A DNA stretch of 64,000 nt from Candidatus Nanosyncoccus sp. (lineage in GTDB: Bacteria > Patescibacteriota > Saccharimonadia > Saccharimonadales > Saccharimonadaceae), in NCBI GenBank assembly GCA_045604925.1, contig JAZUOZ010000016.1, positions 15,220-79,219 of the forward strand, read 5' to 3'. Made by a program: the position numbers and the translations under genes. Of this stretch, positions 15,762 through 25,134 are shown piece by piece (the first letter of the stretch is position 1; each line of letters starts with the position of its first letter). The notes under the pieces were generated by a model, which was given only the letters and a program-made list of their open reading frames with translations, was not told where the DNA came from and ran no database searches.

Positions 15762-18686
15762 TTGATGAAATTTGCAAGTGCATATGAGCCAGGGGAATTT
15801 GAGTCGGATATTTATGCGGCGTGGGAAACGGCAGATGAGTTTTTGCCGGGGGGCAGCAAAAATGGCGCCGAAGAGGCCTATAATGCAGCGGTGAAAGGCG
15901 GTCGCCAGACTTATTCGATCGTGATGCCGCCGCCAAATGCTAATGGTAATCTCCACATTGGCCATGGGTTGACGATTGCAATCGAAGATTCTCTGACTCG
16001 TTATTATCGTTTAAGGGGCGATGCCACTTGGTATATTCCAGGGGCGGATCACGCTGGGTTTGAGACTTGGGTGGTCTATGAGCGTGCGCTGGAGAAAGAG
16101 GGTCATACGCGATTTGAGTATTCGCGCGACGAGCTTTATGCTAGGGTGTGGGATTTTGTCCAGGAACAGCGCGGTAATATGGAGCTGCAAGTGCGAGCGC
16201 TGGGGGCGTCTTGCTCGTGGAAAGATTTGACATTTACGCTAGATGAAAATGTGGTACGTCGGGTGTATTCGACTTTCGAGAAAATGTGGAATGACGGGAT
16301 GATTTACAGAGGCGAAAAGCTGGTAAATTATTGTACTAAGCATCAGACGGCGTTTGCGGATATTGAGGTGGAACATAAGGATGAGAAGGGACATCTCTGG
16401 GATATCGCCTATACGGTCGTCCAGGAGCAGCCATCTGCTTCTTCAGAAGATGCGCTCCTCCCTCGCGGTACCTCAAGTACCGCTCGGTCCGGTGCTCCTT
16501 CTTCATCGCATCTGACTACTCCTGAACAATCGTTGGAGATTATCGTAAGCACTACTCGGCCAGAGACCCTATTTGGTGATGCGGCGGTGGCGGTTAACCC
16601 CGAAGACGAGCGGTACAAAGATTTAATTGGCAAGTCTGTACATTTACCTCTAACAGATAGGACTATCCCAATTATTGCTGATGAGCATGCTGATCCAGAG
16701 TATGGGACTGGTGCCGTGAAGATTACCCCGGCACATGATTACGATGATTTTGAGGTGGGCGAGAGGCATACTTTGCCGAGGATTCAGGTGATTGGGTCGG
16801 ACGGTAAGATGTTACCAGAAGCGGGCTCTGACTATGCTGGTTTGACGACCGAAGAGTGCCGTAAGAAAGTATTACATGATCTAAAAGAACAGGGGTTGCT
16901 CAGAGGTGAAAAAGCAATTACTCACTCGGTGGCGCATTGTTATAAATGTGGCACGGTGATTGAACCGATGCTAAAAGAGCAGTGGTTTATCGATGTAAAA
17001 CGCCTGGCTAAGACTGCAATAGAGCATCTGGAAGCTGGAGAAATTAAGTTTTATCCTGCGTCTAAAAAGCAGGTTTTAATTAATTATTTACAGGGGTTGA
17101 AGGATTGGAATATTTCGCGCCAGATACCGTGGGGCATCGCAATTCCAATGTTTAGGAAGGCCACAGCGGAGCGCTCTGCTTCTTCAGAAGATGCGCTCCT
17201 CTCTCGCGGTACCTCAAGTACCGCTCGGTCCGGTGCTCCTTCTTCATCGCATAGCATCTCCGCTGAGGCTTCCTCAAGAGGTGATGAGTGGGTGTTTGAC
17301 ACCCGGACGCATCTTTCTGAGATTGAAATTGGCGGGGTGCGATACGAGCGTGATGAGGATACTTTTGACACCTGGTTTTCTAGCTCGCATTGGCCGGTAG
17401 TTTGTACTAACTGGGAGGAAGGTACGCCAAATCCTTATTATCCGTTGAACGTGATGGAAACAGGGGCGGATATCTTGTTTGCTTGGGTAGCACGGATGAT
17501 TATGATGGGGCTTTACGTCACTGGCGAGGTGCCGTTTAAAGAGGTATATCTGCATGGTTTGGTCCTCGATGCGCATGGGGCCAAGATGAGTAAATCTAAG
17601 GGCAATGTGCTAAATCCGATGGAGATGGTAGCAAAATATGGGTCGGATGCGTTCCGGCTAGGTATTTTGCGCGGGCGCTCGGCAGGGATGAATCAAGCGT
17701 TCTCTGAGCAGTCGATTGTCTCGGGGCGGAATCTTTGTAATAAGCTGTGGAATGTTTCCAGGTTCATACAGGATATGATTGATAAAGCGGAGCTAAGTAC
17801 AGATGCTCCGAAACGCTCTCTCGAGCCCGTCGTTACGGGTCTCGGTCGCCGAACCGCTCCCGTTGTCGCGGACGCCGGAGCATCTGACTTAGACTCTACC
17901 TTATCTAATGACAATTCTGGCGAGGACTGGATCTTGCGCGAGATCAACGAGGCGAAATGGCAGATTGAAAGCCAGATGAAAAACTACCGTTTCTCGGAGG
18001 CGGTGGAGACACTTTATTCCCTAATTTGGGATAAATACGCTGATTGGTTTATTGAAACCGAGAAGATGTTTAAGAATACTGAACTTTTGAAGGCAACTTT
18101 GGTGGCGATTTTGAAACTTTTCCATCCGTTTGCTCCATTTGTAACAGAGGCGATTTGGCAGAACTTATCGTGGACGGATGGGTTCTTGATTTCCCAGAAA
18201 TGGCCGTCTGACTTCAAATTTGACCCGATAAGCGCCGAGGAGTACGAAAAGCTTATGGTTGTAGTGTCTGGCATCCGAGGCACCTTACAGGGCCTCTCAG
18301 AGGCTCACAAGGGCATTTCTAAGTCGAGTATCAATGTGCTTTATGGCAATGATTCGCTGGTAGACGATAATTCCCTGCTAGTTCAGCATTTGACTAAAGT
18401 TGCTAGCGTTATTTCCAGCGAAGGTCAGCCTAGAGGTTTACGTCTGCCGCTAGCGAATCACGAGGTTTATTTGGATGTCTCCCCAGAGGTCGTGGCTTCT
18501 TATGCCAAGTCGTTGGAGGATAAGATTCTGGCGGTTGGACGAGAGCTTGATAGCCTAAACGCTCGGATGATGAACCCGAATTACGTGGACAAAGCACCAG
18601 CTGAGTTGGTAAAAGAAACCCAGGATGCAATTACCGAAAAATCTGCACTGATAGAGCGTTTGAAGCAAGAGCGGGAAGCGATTTAG
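15762..18686 (+). CDS. valS: Valine--tRNA ligase
   Basis: PPPNANGNLHIGH (HIGH), KMSKSKGN (KMSKS) and a C-terminal coiled coil. It carries three in-frame repeat insertions. Confidence 0.95.
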   Translation: MMKFASAYEPGEFESDIYAAWETADEFLPGGSKNGAEEAYNAAVKGGRQTYSIVMPPPNANGNLHIGHGLTIAIEDSLTRYYRLRGDATWYIPGADHAGFETWVVYERALEKEGHTRFEYSRDELYARVWDFVQEQRGNMELQVRALGASCSWKDLTFTLDENVVRRVYSTFEKMWNDGMIYRGEKLVNYCTKHQTAFADIEVEHKDEKGHLWDIAYTVVQEQPSASSEDALLPRGTSSTARSGAPSSSHLTTPEQSLEIIVSTTRPETLFGDAAVAVNPEDERYKDLIGKSVHLPLTDRTIPIIADEHADPEYGTGAVKITPAHDYDDFEVGERHTLPRIQVIGSDGKMLPEAGSDYAGLTTEECRKKVLHDLKEQGLLRGEKAITHSVAHCYKCGTVIEPMLKEQWFIDVKRLAKTAIEHLEAGEIKFYPASKKQVLINYLQGLKDWNISRQIPWGIAIPMFRKATAERSASSEDALLSRGTSSTARSGAPSSSHSISAEASSRGDEWVFDTRTHLSEIEIGGVRYERDEDTFDTWFSSSHWPVVCTNWEEGTPNPYYPLNVMETGADILFAWVARMIMMGLYVTGEVPFKEVYLHGLVLDAHGAKMSKSKGNVLNPMEMVAKYGSDAFRLGILRGRSAGMNQAFSEQSIVSGRNLCNKLWNVSRFIQDMIDKAELSTDAPKRSLEPVVTGLGRRTAPVVADAGASDLDSTLSNDNSGEDWILREINEAKWQIESQMKNYRFSEAVETLYSLIWDKYADWFIETEKMFKNTELLKATLVAILKLFHPFAPFVTEAIWQNLSWTDGFLISQKWPSDFKFDPISAEEYEKLMVVVSGIRGTLQGLSEAHKGISKSSINVLYGNDSLVDDNSLLVQHLTKVASVISSEGQPRGLRLPLANHEVYLDVSPEVVASYAKSLEDKILAVGRELDSLNARMMNPNYVDKAPAELVKETQDAITEKSALIERLKQEREAI
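16434..16511. repeat. Family-A 78-bp hairpin repeat, copy 1, in frame in valS
   Basis: 77 of 78 nt identical to 17175..17252. Central stem gcggtac / gtaccgc. Encodes SASSEDALLPRGTSSTARSGAPSSSH. Confidence 0.9.
17175..17252. repeat. Family-A 78-bp hairpin repeat, copy 2, in frame in valS
   Basis: See copy 1. It is inserted after IPMFRKATAER in the conserved catalytic region. Confidence 0.9.
17811..17883. repeat. Family-B palindromic repeat, copy 1, in frame in valS
   Basis: It shares gcccgtcgttacggg and ccgctcccgttgtcgcgga with the truB copy. It is bracketed by the 9-bp inverted repeat gatgctccg / cggagcatc. Confidence 0.8.
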
Positions 18687-18692
18687 CCTCTG

Positions 18693-19835
18693 TTATCGTA
18701 CTTCGCAGGTCAGTCCGTAATCTTGATTGCCGAAGCGGGTGGCGAGAGTAGCGACCTCTTGAGCGGAATAGCCATCGTATGGCTTAAAGAATTGGCTGAT
18801 GGCTGCCTCATCGGTGATTCTGCTGCGGTTTGCTTTTAGCCAGAGGTAGAGAGAAGAATCTGTGTCGCTTGAGGTGACGGTTATTCCCTGCACTCCGGAG
18901 TCCTTATACGCGTTTAGATTATTCCCTAGTGCCGAGATACTGGAATAGAGCTCTTTATCTTGGTCTGAAAGGGTTTCTGGATCGACTTTGTCTAGGTCGA
19001 GGGTGATTGTAAAGCTTTCTAGGACGCCGTCAGCTATTGAGTAATTTGTGGACATAGTGTAGAAATCTTTTTTTGCGCTACAATCAATGCTGGCGTTTTC
19101 TCCTCCTGCTGGAGCGGTGGTTTCATCGGTTTTGACCGAGGTGTCCTCTTTTTCAGCGGTGAGACTTTCGGTCGCGCCGGTCTTATTCTCGCTCGGGCTG
19201 GATATTTCGGTTTTGGCGGAATTTTGACTATTTCCAGAGACAATTGAGACGATAATCACAGCCAAAATGGTAATACCTAGGCCAATAACAAGCACGCGGT
19301 TGGTAGGTTTTTTGAAGAAGGCTTTGATTCCCTTTTCTTCTTTTTTGCTATTTTCGTCGGTGTTTTCGCTGTTTTCTTCCCTGTCTTTTGGCCCTGCTGT
19401 CTCGTCATCTGGATTTAGGGAGATTTCTGGAGTTTCTGTTGTTGTCCCTGGTTGTTGAGGTTGCATTTGAGGCATACCATAGGGGTGATTCGCCTGATGA
19501 GCTGTCTGATATGGTGGTTGGTTTATCTGGTGAGGCTGATTTAGCTGGTTTGGCTGCTGAGGCTGGTTTGGTTGGTTTGGCTGCTGAGGCTGCGATTGTA
19601 GCCATGGCTCTTGGCGGAGGTTTGGCTGTTGCGATTGCATTTGTGGCCCCATTTGCTGCTGCATTTGTGGCTGCATTTGTGGCTGCGACCCTGGTTGTGG
19701 TCCTGGCTGCGACTGTGGTCCAAGCTGGGAGTGTAGCCTACTTTGTGCTTGTGGCCCTGGCTGAGGTTGAGGCTGAACAGGGGTAAAAGGCTGCCCTGGC
19801 TCTGGATTATTAGTTGGTTGATTATTATCGTCCAT
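18693..19835 (-). CDS. Membrane-anchored protein with a Pro/Gln-rich N-terminal region
   Basis: About 130 aa of P/Q low complexity, one TM helix (VLVIGLGITILAVIIVSIV), then a Ser/Thr-rich and globular C-terminal part. Confidence 0.55.
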   Translation of the reverse strand: MDDNNQPTNNPEPGQPFTPVQPQPQPGPQAQSRLHSQLGPQSQPGPQPGSQPQMQPQMQQQMGPQMQSQQPNLRQEPWLQSQPQQPNQPNQPQQPNQLNQPHQINQPPYQTAHQANHPYGMPQMQPQQPGTTTETPEISLNPDDETAGPKDREENSENTDENSKKEEKGIKAFFKKPTNRVLVIGLGITILAVIIVSIVSGNSQNSAKTEISSPSENKTGATESLTAEKEDTSVKTDETTAPAGGENASIDCSAKKDFYTMSTNYSIADGVLESFTITLDLDKVDPETLSDQDKELYSSISALGNNLNAYKDSGVQGITVTSSDTDSSLYLWLKANRSRITDEAAISQFFKPYDGYSAQEVATLATRFGNQDYGLTCEVR

Positions 19836-20236
19836 ATTTGTCCCTTTTTTATTATTTTTAGTATAGCATAAACGGAATAATTTCGGTGAAAATATGGCAA
19901 TTTTTGATGAAAAATTTGCAAAAGCCTCTCTGTTATTGTGAAATATCGTCTGTGAAAAATTTTGTCACAAAATAAAAAAATTGGTATTGCTGTTGACATA
20001 CCAAAATATTCATGATAAAGCTTGTGTTTATCACGTTTTTTACTGTTTTAGACTGTGGTTTGTTTTAATTTCTCCCAATTATCCCGTGCTGCGTCAAATT
20101 TATGTACATTAGAAAAGGATAATTGTACTTCTATATTAGCATGAGCGGGTTGCTAAGTCAATAGGTTGCTAATAAATAGGGAAGAGCAGCGGTTTTTGTT
20201 GTTTGATTGGGGAAAAGCTTGTGGTAAAATTGTAAT

Positions 20237-20443
20237 ATGCCGTATGTAAGAAAATTTAAGACTGGTTCTGGCGCAACGGGGATACAGGTTTGCTATAAGA
20301 CTGGCGGTAAAGTGTCAAAAACAGTTCATATTGGTTCGGCTAAAACTGTGCAGGGAATTGAGCGTTTGATGAAAAAGGCGCGCGAAGTGATGGACGGAGA
20401 CAAAACGCCGCTTTTTGATTTGAAAAAATTTGATAAAAAATAA
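20237..20443 (+). pseudogene. N-terminal relic of an IS1634/IS4-like transposase
   Basis: MPYVRKFKTGSGATGIQVCYKTGGKVSKTVHIGSAKT resembles, from my recollection, the conserved N-terminus of IS1634-family transposases. Only 68 codons remain and no catalytic domain follows. Confidence 0.45.
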
Positions 20444-20463
20444 AGACAGAATCTTGGTTGTTA

Positions 20464-21492
20464 CTAGCGGCGGGTGAGTTTTCTGAGGAAGCGGTTGCCG
20501 CGGCGGGCTAGTTGATAAAACTGATATTGGACGGGCTTGAAAACTAGATCATAGGTGCCGCAATAATCGACTTCGTAACCACCAAAAGATTTTTTGAAGG
20601 TGGTAAAGCCGGCCCAAGGGTGATTTTTTGGCATATTGCCAGAGGCGTCGGTAGGGGCGATGCCCCAAAAATCGAACTTTTTTAGACCTTTTTCCTTGGC
20701 ATCAAAGAGAGCAGTGGTAAGAAGGGCAACGGTACCGGGGAGTTTTTTGTAATCAGAATCGGCGGCGGATTGCATATAAAAACGGGTGTCGCCATAGTCG
20801 AAAAACAGGGAAGCAGCAATAATCTTTTTTTCATAATGGACGAGATAAAGTGTAGCAAAATCTTGCTCTAGCTCGGTTCTGAGGTATTTTTCAGAAAAAG
20901 TGCCGATTTTTTTGATTTTGGCAAGCTTATGCTGGAGAGTGACGAGATGTTTGATCTCGGCGGGGCCTTTAGTTGAGGTAACAGAGAGGCCTTTTTTGGC
21001 AAATTGGTTATAACGGGTGCGAGTGCCCTGGGAAAAACCGTGCAAAATGTCGGCTTTATCTGGGGTGAGGTCGAGAACCCAGGTTTCTTTAGGCGATAAA
21101 TCTTTGGTTTTTTTGGAATTTGGGAGATTCGCCCAATAATTGGCGGTTTCCGCGGCCTGAGGCTCGATCCTGATAAAGGTTATGTTTTTTTGCTTTGCTA
21201 GCTTTTCTAGGGCCTGGTAGGCGGCTTTCGCGGCATTTTTTAGTTGGGCTGGTGTCGGGGCGGCGTCAATTTTGGCATATTTTGGTGATTTTTTGGAATT
21301 TCTGCCAGATTTTTCTGATTTTGCAGCCGGATGCAGCGCCGGACCGTAGGGAAGATAAAGATAAGTGCCGAATTTGGTTTGTTTTTCTATAGCCAAAATA
21401 GTATAATCGTTTTCTTCTATAAAAATTGTGTTCTCACCGAGGTCATTTTGGAGTTTTCGCCATTTTTTGGTCTGCTGAAGGGGAATATTCAT
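20464..21492 (-). CDS. FemAB-family peptidoglycan bridge aminoacyltransferase (second copy)
   Basis: Family-typical length and motifs (QQTKKW, YLPYGP, FDFWG). The ATG at 21492 lies 7 nt after TGaTAAAAT. Confidence 0.7.
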   Translation of the reverse strand: MNIPLQQTKKWRKLQNDLGENTIFIEENDYTILAIEKQTKFGTYLYLPYGPALHPAAKSEKSGRNSKKSPKYAKIDAAPTPAQLKNAAKAAYQALEKLAKQKNITFIRIEPQAAETANYWANLPNSKKTKDLSPKETWVLDLTPDKADILHGFSQGTRTRYNQFAKKGLSVTSTKGPAEIKHLVTLQHKLAKIKKIGTFSEKYLRTELEQDFATLYLVHYEKKIIAASLFFDYGDTRFYMQSAADSDYKKLPGTVALLTTALFDAKEKGLKKFDFWGIAPTDASGNMPKNHPWAGFTTFKKSFGGYEVDYCGTYDLVFKPVQYQFYQLARRGNRFLRKLTRR

Positions 21493-21594
21493 AAAAATCA
21501 TTTTATCATATCTTGACTAATCTAGCAGATATGGTGTGGCTAACTGTTTTCCACAGGGGAAGAACAGAGGTGTGGAAAACTGGTTACGGCTGAT

Positions 21595-21623
21595 ATAAAA
21601 AACGGGTCGCGAACTTCGCGACC
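21595..21623 (-). terminator. Strong rho-independent terminator for a minus-strand transcript
   Basis: Stem gggtcgcg / cgcgaccc. The minus strand reads the stem followed by T6. Confidence 0.75.
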
Positions 21624-22231
21624 CAAATTTATTTAATTCCTTGCGTTTTTCTTAACCCTGACTTTTTCTCTTTATTTACTAGCTGAGCAACTGCATGTGC
21701 ACCTGTAGCGCCCAATCGCCCTAGAGCTGAAGCGTGTACGACTTCAAGGGTTTGCCAGTAAAAAGGGATTTGGCGGCGCGTCTCTACTAAAGCAAATGCT
21801 GTTAATTTAATAACATACTAAAGTGAGCGCTACTCGGGCCGCATCCCTGTCGTGTGCAAGATTCCTGGTCCTGTAATTGTAACAAAGATTACTAAAAACT
21901 TATTCAGTTATTGAGAAAATAGCTTTAGGTTTTGTAAATCCGGTTAAGACCGGTAGCTTTGCAAGGATATTAATCTTAAGGTCCCATTGATTTTCTGAGG
22001 TTTTTGAGGTATTTCTAGAGTTAATCTCTAGAGGTGTTTACCTAAAGCGCTTACCTAGAATCGCGCGAGATAAAAAACCAACAATCAATAATACATGAAA
22101 TATCTTATAGATGGTGCTAAGGTATTGTCTATAATATCACGGATGGTGTCTAGGACATCCGACCTATTAATTGTATCACAAAAAGCTGTAGTTGTAAAGA
22201 GGTCTAGGCTGAAAATTTTGGAGTGGCGTGG

Positions 22232-23449
22232 CTAATTAATGTCGGAGCGGGGGAAAATGTTGAGAGAATAGGGGTCGGTCGGCTCAATGTCAGAGGCGAT
22301 TTCGTATAATGTGGCGGCGCCGACCATGGCAGCGTTGTCACCGGAAAACTTAAGATCGGGGAAGTGGAGGGAGAGTGGCTGGCTTGGGGTGGCGGCTGGT
22401 GCAGATTTGATCGAGGTGGACGATTTTGCGGCAAATAGATTGGTGGCCTCAGTGCGGAGTCTCTGGTTGGCAGAAACACCGCCAGCAATGACAACAGATT
22501 TAACATCTGGATATTCGGTGAGAGTCTTTTCGAGCTTTTTAAGGAGGATATCGATGGCGGTTTTTTCGAACGAAGCGGCAAAGTCGGCTTTTTGCTGGCT
22601 TGATAACAGCTCGGCGAGTTGATGAGATGGATAAGAGATAGGGACGCCGACTTCTTTTTGAACGGCGCGTAGCACGGCGGTCTTAAGGCCGGAAAAAGAG
22701 AAATCTAGGTCTTTGATCTTAGGGATAGGGAGATGATATTTATTTGGATTTCCAGGGGTGATTTGAGTAGTTTGTGGGGTGTCTGGTTGGGTGGGCTGAG
22801 GTTGCTGAGTAGTTTCAGTAGGGTTGGTGAGGGTGATTTTGCCGGCAGCGGCAGCGGCGATGGAAGGACCGCCGGGGTAGGGAAGGCCAAGGATTTTGGC
22901 AACTTTGTCAAAACATTCGCCGACGGCATCATCTAATGTGGTGCCGATAATTTCAAAATCGTTGTGCGCGCGCATATAGATGATCTGGGTGTGGCCGCCA
23001 GAAATCACCAGAGCTAGGAGAGGAAAAGAGGGTAAATCTTCCTTTTCTAGCCAGTTGGCGTAGATGTGAGATTTGAGATGGTGGACGGCGTAGAGAGGTT
23101 TTTGATGCAAAATCGCCAGGGTGCGGGCAGTGAGGGTGCCGATTAACAGGGAACCAAGCAGGCCGGGAGTGTGGGTAACGGCGATGGCGTCAATCTTGGA
23201 CCAATCATTTTTATCAAATCCGGCTTGTTCGAAAGCTTGGTGAATGACGGGGAGGATAGCCTCTAGATGGGAGCGGGCAGCTACTTCTGGAATGACGCCG
23301 CCGTAGGCCTTGAAAATGTCAATCTGGGAAACGACGATATTTGAGAGAATTTGAGGGTGGGAGCTATTTGACAAGAGGGAAAAAGGGTCGCCAGAAATAA
23401 TAGAGGCGGCGGTTTCGTCACAGGAAGATTCGATAGCCAGGATGTTCAT
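22232..23449 (-). CDS. tsaD: tRNA N6-adenosine threonylcarbamoyltransferase
   Basis: ILAIESSCDETAASI, GGHT and Kae1/Gcp-like layout. It contains a T/Q/P-rich insertion. The ATG at 23449 lies 7 nt after TATAAT. Confidence 0.85.
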   Translation of the reverse strand: MNILAIESSCDETAASIISGDPFSLLSNSSHPQILSNIVVSQIDIFKAYGGVIPEVAARSHLEAILPVIHQAFEQAGFDKNDWSKIDAIAVTHTPGLLGSLLIGTLTARTLAILHQKPLYAVHHLKSHIYANWLEKEDLPSFPLLALVISGGHTQIIYMRAHNDFEIIGTTLDDAVGECFDKVAKILGLPYPGGPSIAAAAAGKITLTNPTETTQQPQPTQPDTPQTTQITPGNPNKYHLPIPKIKDLDFSFSGLKTAVLRAVQKEVGVPISYPSHQLAELLSSQQKADFAASFEKTAIDILLKKLEKTLTEYPDVKSVVIAGGVSANQRLRTEATNLFAAKSSTSIKSAPAATPSQPLSLHFPDLKFSGDNAAMVGAATLYEIASDIEPTDPYSLNIFPRSDIN

Positions 23450-23624
23450 TAAGATGATTATATAACATTTATGATGTTTTATCAAAAGCAGGGCCTGGCT
23501 CCTATAATTCTAATAAGGAAAATAAACAGATTGCCACCCGCTTTTGTATTGTTGACTTTTTAGCATAAGTGTGTTATAACGGAGGTGTAGCTTTTTGTTG
23601 ACTATTCTATTGGAGGTGGGTCTT

Positions 23625-24068
23625 ATGAAAAAAGCAACGAGGACTAAGACCTTTGAGGAAGTGCTAGGCAAGGAGTGCATTCTCAATGTACTAATCAAGA
23701 ATTACGAGATGATGCAGAGGGTTAATGGCGACTCACATACGCATCAGATCAAGAGGCTGAAAGAGGAGATCGTCGCTAATGCAAATTCCCTTTTGTATTG
23801 CGATGAGAAACTTGGAGAAGTAATGGCTGCAGCCTTTTGCGAGGCAACAACATATTATTTTATATGTTGCAATGGTCGGAGCGGGAATATAAGCGTTGAA
23901 ATCCCGACTATCGAGCAGCTGTATGATTGCGTCTCCGATACGGCAAGCGATATTAGGGAGTTCGAACTTCTTGTCTATAACGAGAAGGATAGAAATAAGG
24001 TGTTTCTTGAAGATCTCCCGCTTTATCATTACGATACCTACGGTATCGTAGCGATAGAGGCCGCATAA
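23625..24068 (+). CDS. Hypothetical protein, 147 aa
   Basis: ATG preceded by ggaggtggg. No recognisable motif. A hairpin follows the stop. Confidence 0.5.
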   Translation: MKKATRTKTFEEVLGKECILNVLIKNYEMMQRVNGDSHTHQIKRLKEEIVANANSLLYCDEKLGEVMAAAFCEATTYYFICCNGRSGNISVEIPTIEQLYDCVSDTASDIREFELLVYNEKDRNKVFLEDLPLYHYDTYGIVAIEAA

Positions 24069-24196
24069 TATAAATGAAAAACCGCACAAATGCGGACGTT
24101 TCATAATAATCCTTCCATTTGCCCGGGCGAGAGATCACTCGGGCTTTTTCTTGTGTTATAATTGAGGCAGGTGGGAGTTCGTTAGGAGGTGATAGG

Positions 24197-25018
24197 ATGA
24201 ACAGTAGGCATGATTTGAAGAGAATGACTGATGAGGAGAAAATTGCGTTTTTTACAGAGAAAGCGCAGAAGAAGTTCACGTTTTTAAGAGGAGTGTGTTC
24301 AGACGGCAAGCATCCAAATACGAGTATTGCGCTAGGTTTTGCGCGCGATAAGCACGAGGGCCAGACGCGTGATGGTGGCGAGCCGTATGTGATTCACCCT
24401 TTGTCGCTGGCTTGCGATGCGGTGGGGATGAATCTTAATGACGACGTGCTGCTTGCGATGCTGCTTTTGCATGATGTGCCGGAAGATGTGCTGGTGATGA
24501 TTATGGATTTGCCGGTGAGCGATGAAGTCCGGCGGGCGGTTGAGTGTATGACTCTGCGTAAGATTGGTGACGAGTCAAAGCTCGATAGCAAATTGCGATA
24601 TTACGAGCATTTAGCAACGAATAAATATGCTACTATCGGGAAGGGCCTAGATCGACGCAACAATCTGAGTACGATTGCGCACGCGAAAAACAAGGCCTCA
24701 ATTGTGAAGAACTGCTTTGAAACGTGGTTCTTCTTGATCCCGCTGCTCAAAGACGCAAAGTCGAAGTGGCCGGAGTATGCTAATCAGATTCACACAATTC
24801 GGACGACTTTGACAGGTTATGTGGATGCGCTTTCGGCATTGGCAGAGATTGATTTATCGTATAGCGAGCGGCCGGACGACGAGCTGATGAATCGGATTTT
24901 GTCAGTGAAAACTGATGACGATCTCTGCAAGATACCAGAAATTTTTGCAAAAGGGAACGAAATGTTCGATAAAGTAAGGATTGTCGACGGAAAAGCTGTC
25001 ATCCCACCTAGACACTAG
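24197..25018 (+). CDS. HD-domain (p)ppGpp hydrolase-like protein (small alarmone hydrolase type)
   Basis: HEGQTRDGGEPYVIHPL ... LLLHDVPED matches the RelA/SpoT HD hydrolase signature. There is no synthetase domain. The ATG is preceded by taggaggtg. Confidence 0.7.
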   Translation: MNSRHDLKRMTDEEKIAFFTEKAQKKFTFLRGVCSDGKHPNTSIALGFARDKHEGQTRDGGEPYVIHPLSLACDAVGMNLNDDVLLAMLLLHDVPEDVLVMIMDLPVSDEVRRAVECMTLRKIGDESKLDSKLRYYEHLATNKYATIGKGLDRRNNLSTIAHAKNKASIVKNCFETWFFLIPLLKDAKSKWPEYANQIHTIRTTLTGYVDALSALAEIDLSYSERPDDELMNRILSVKTDDDLCKIPEIFAKGNEMFDKVRIVDGKAVIPPRH

Positions 25019-25134
25019 TTCCTGCTGGTGCAGGAGATAATATCTACAGAGATGTGCTGTAGCTCTTTAGCGCATGGGGCGATCCCTCATGGGCCTTGAG
25101 GCGGCTCCGTAACCCGGGGCCGTTTTTCTTGTAA

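Noticed and set aside
19388-19786. Plus-strand ORF of 132 aa, and minus-strand ORF 19541..19999
   Set aside because: They are off-frame or antisense readings of the Pro/Gln-rich repeat region of 18693..19835.
21626-22231. tmRNA or RNase P RNA in the ORF-free region
   Set aside because: I found no GGTTCGA-type T arm with a CCA end and no tag ORF ending in LAA. The only P4-like match is partial and misplaced. I report the region as an unidentified candidate rather than naming it.
22095-22244. 49-codon plus-strand ORF (MKYLIDGAKV...) at the edge of the ORF-free region
   Set aside because: It has no SD or leaderless-type promoter spacing. It also overlaps the tsaD 3' end convergently.
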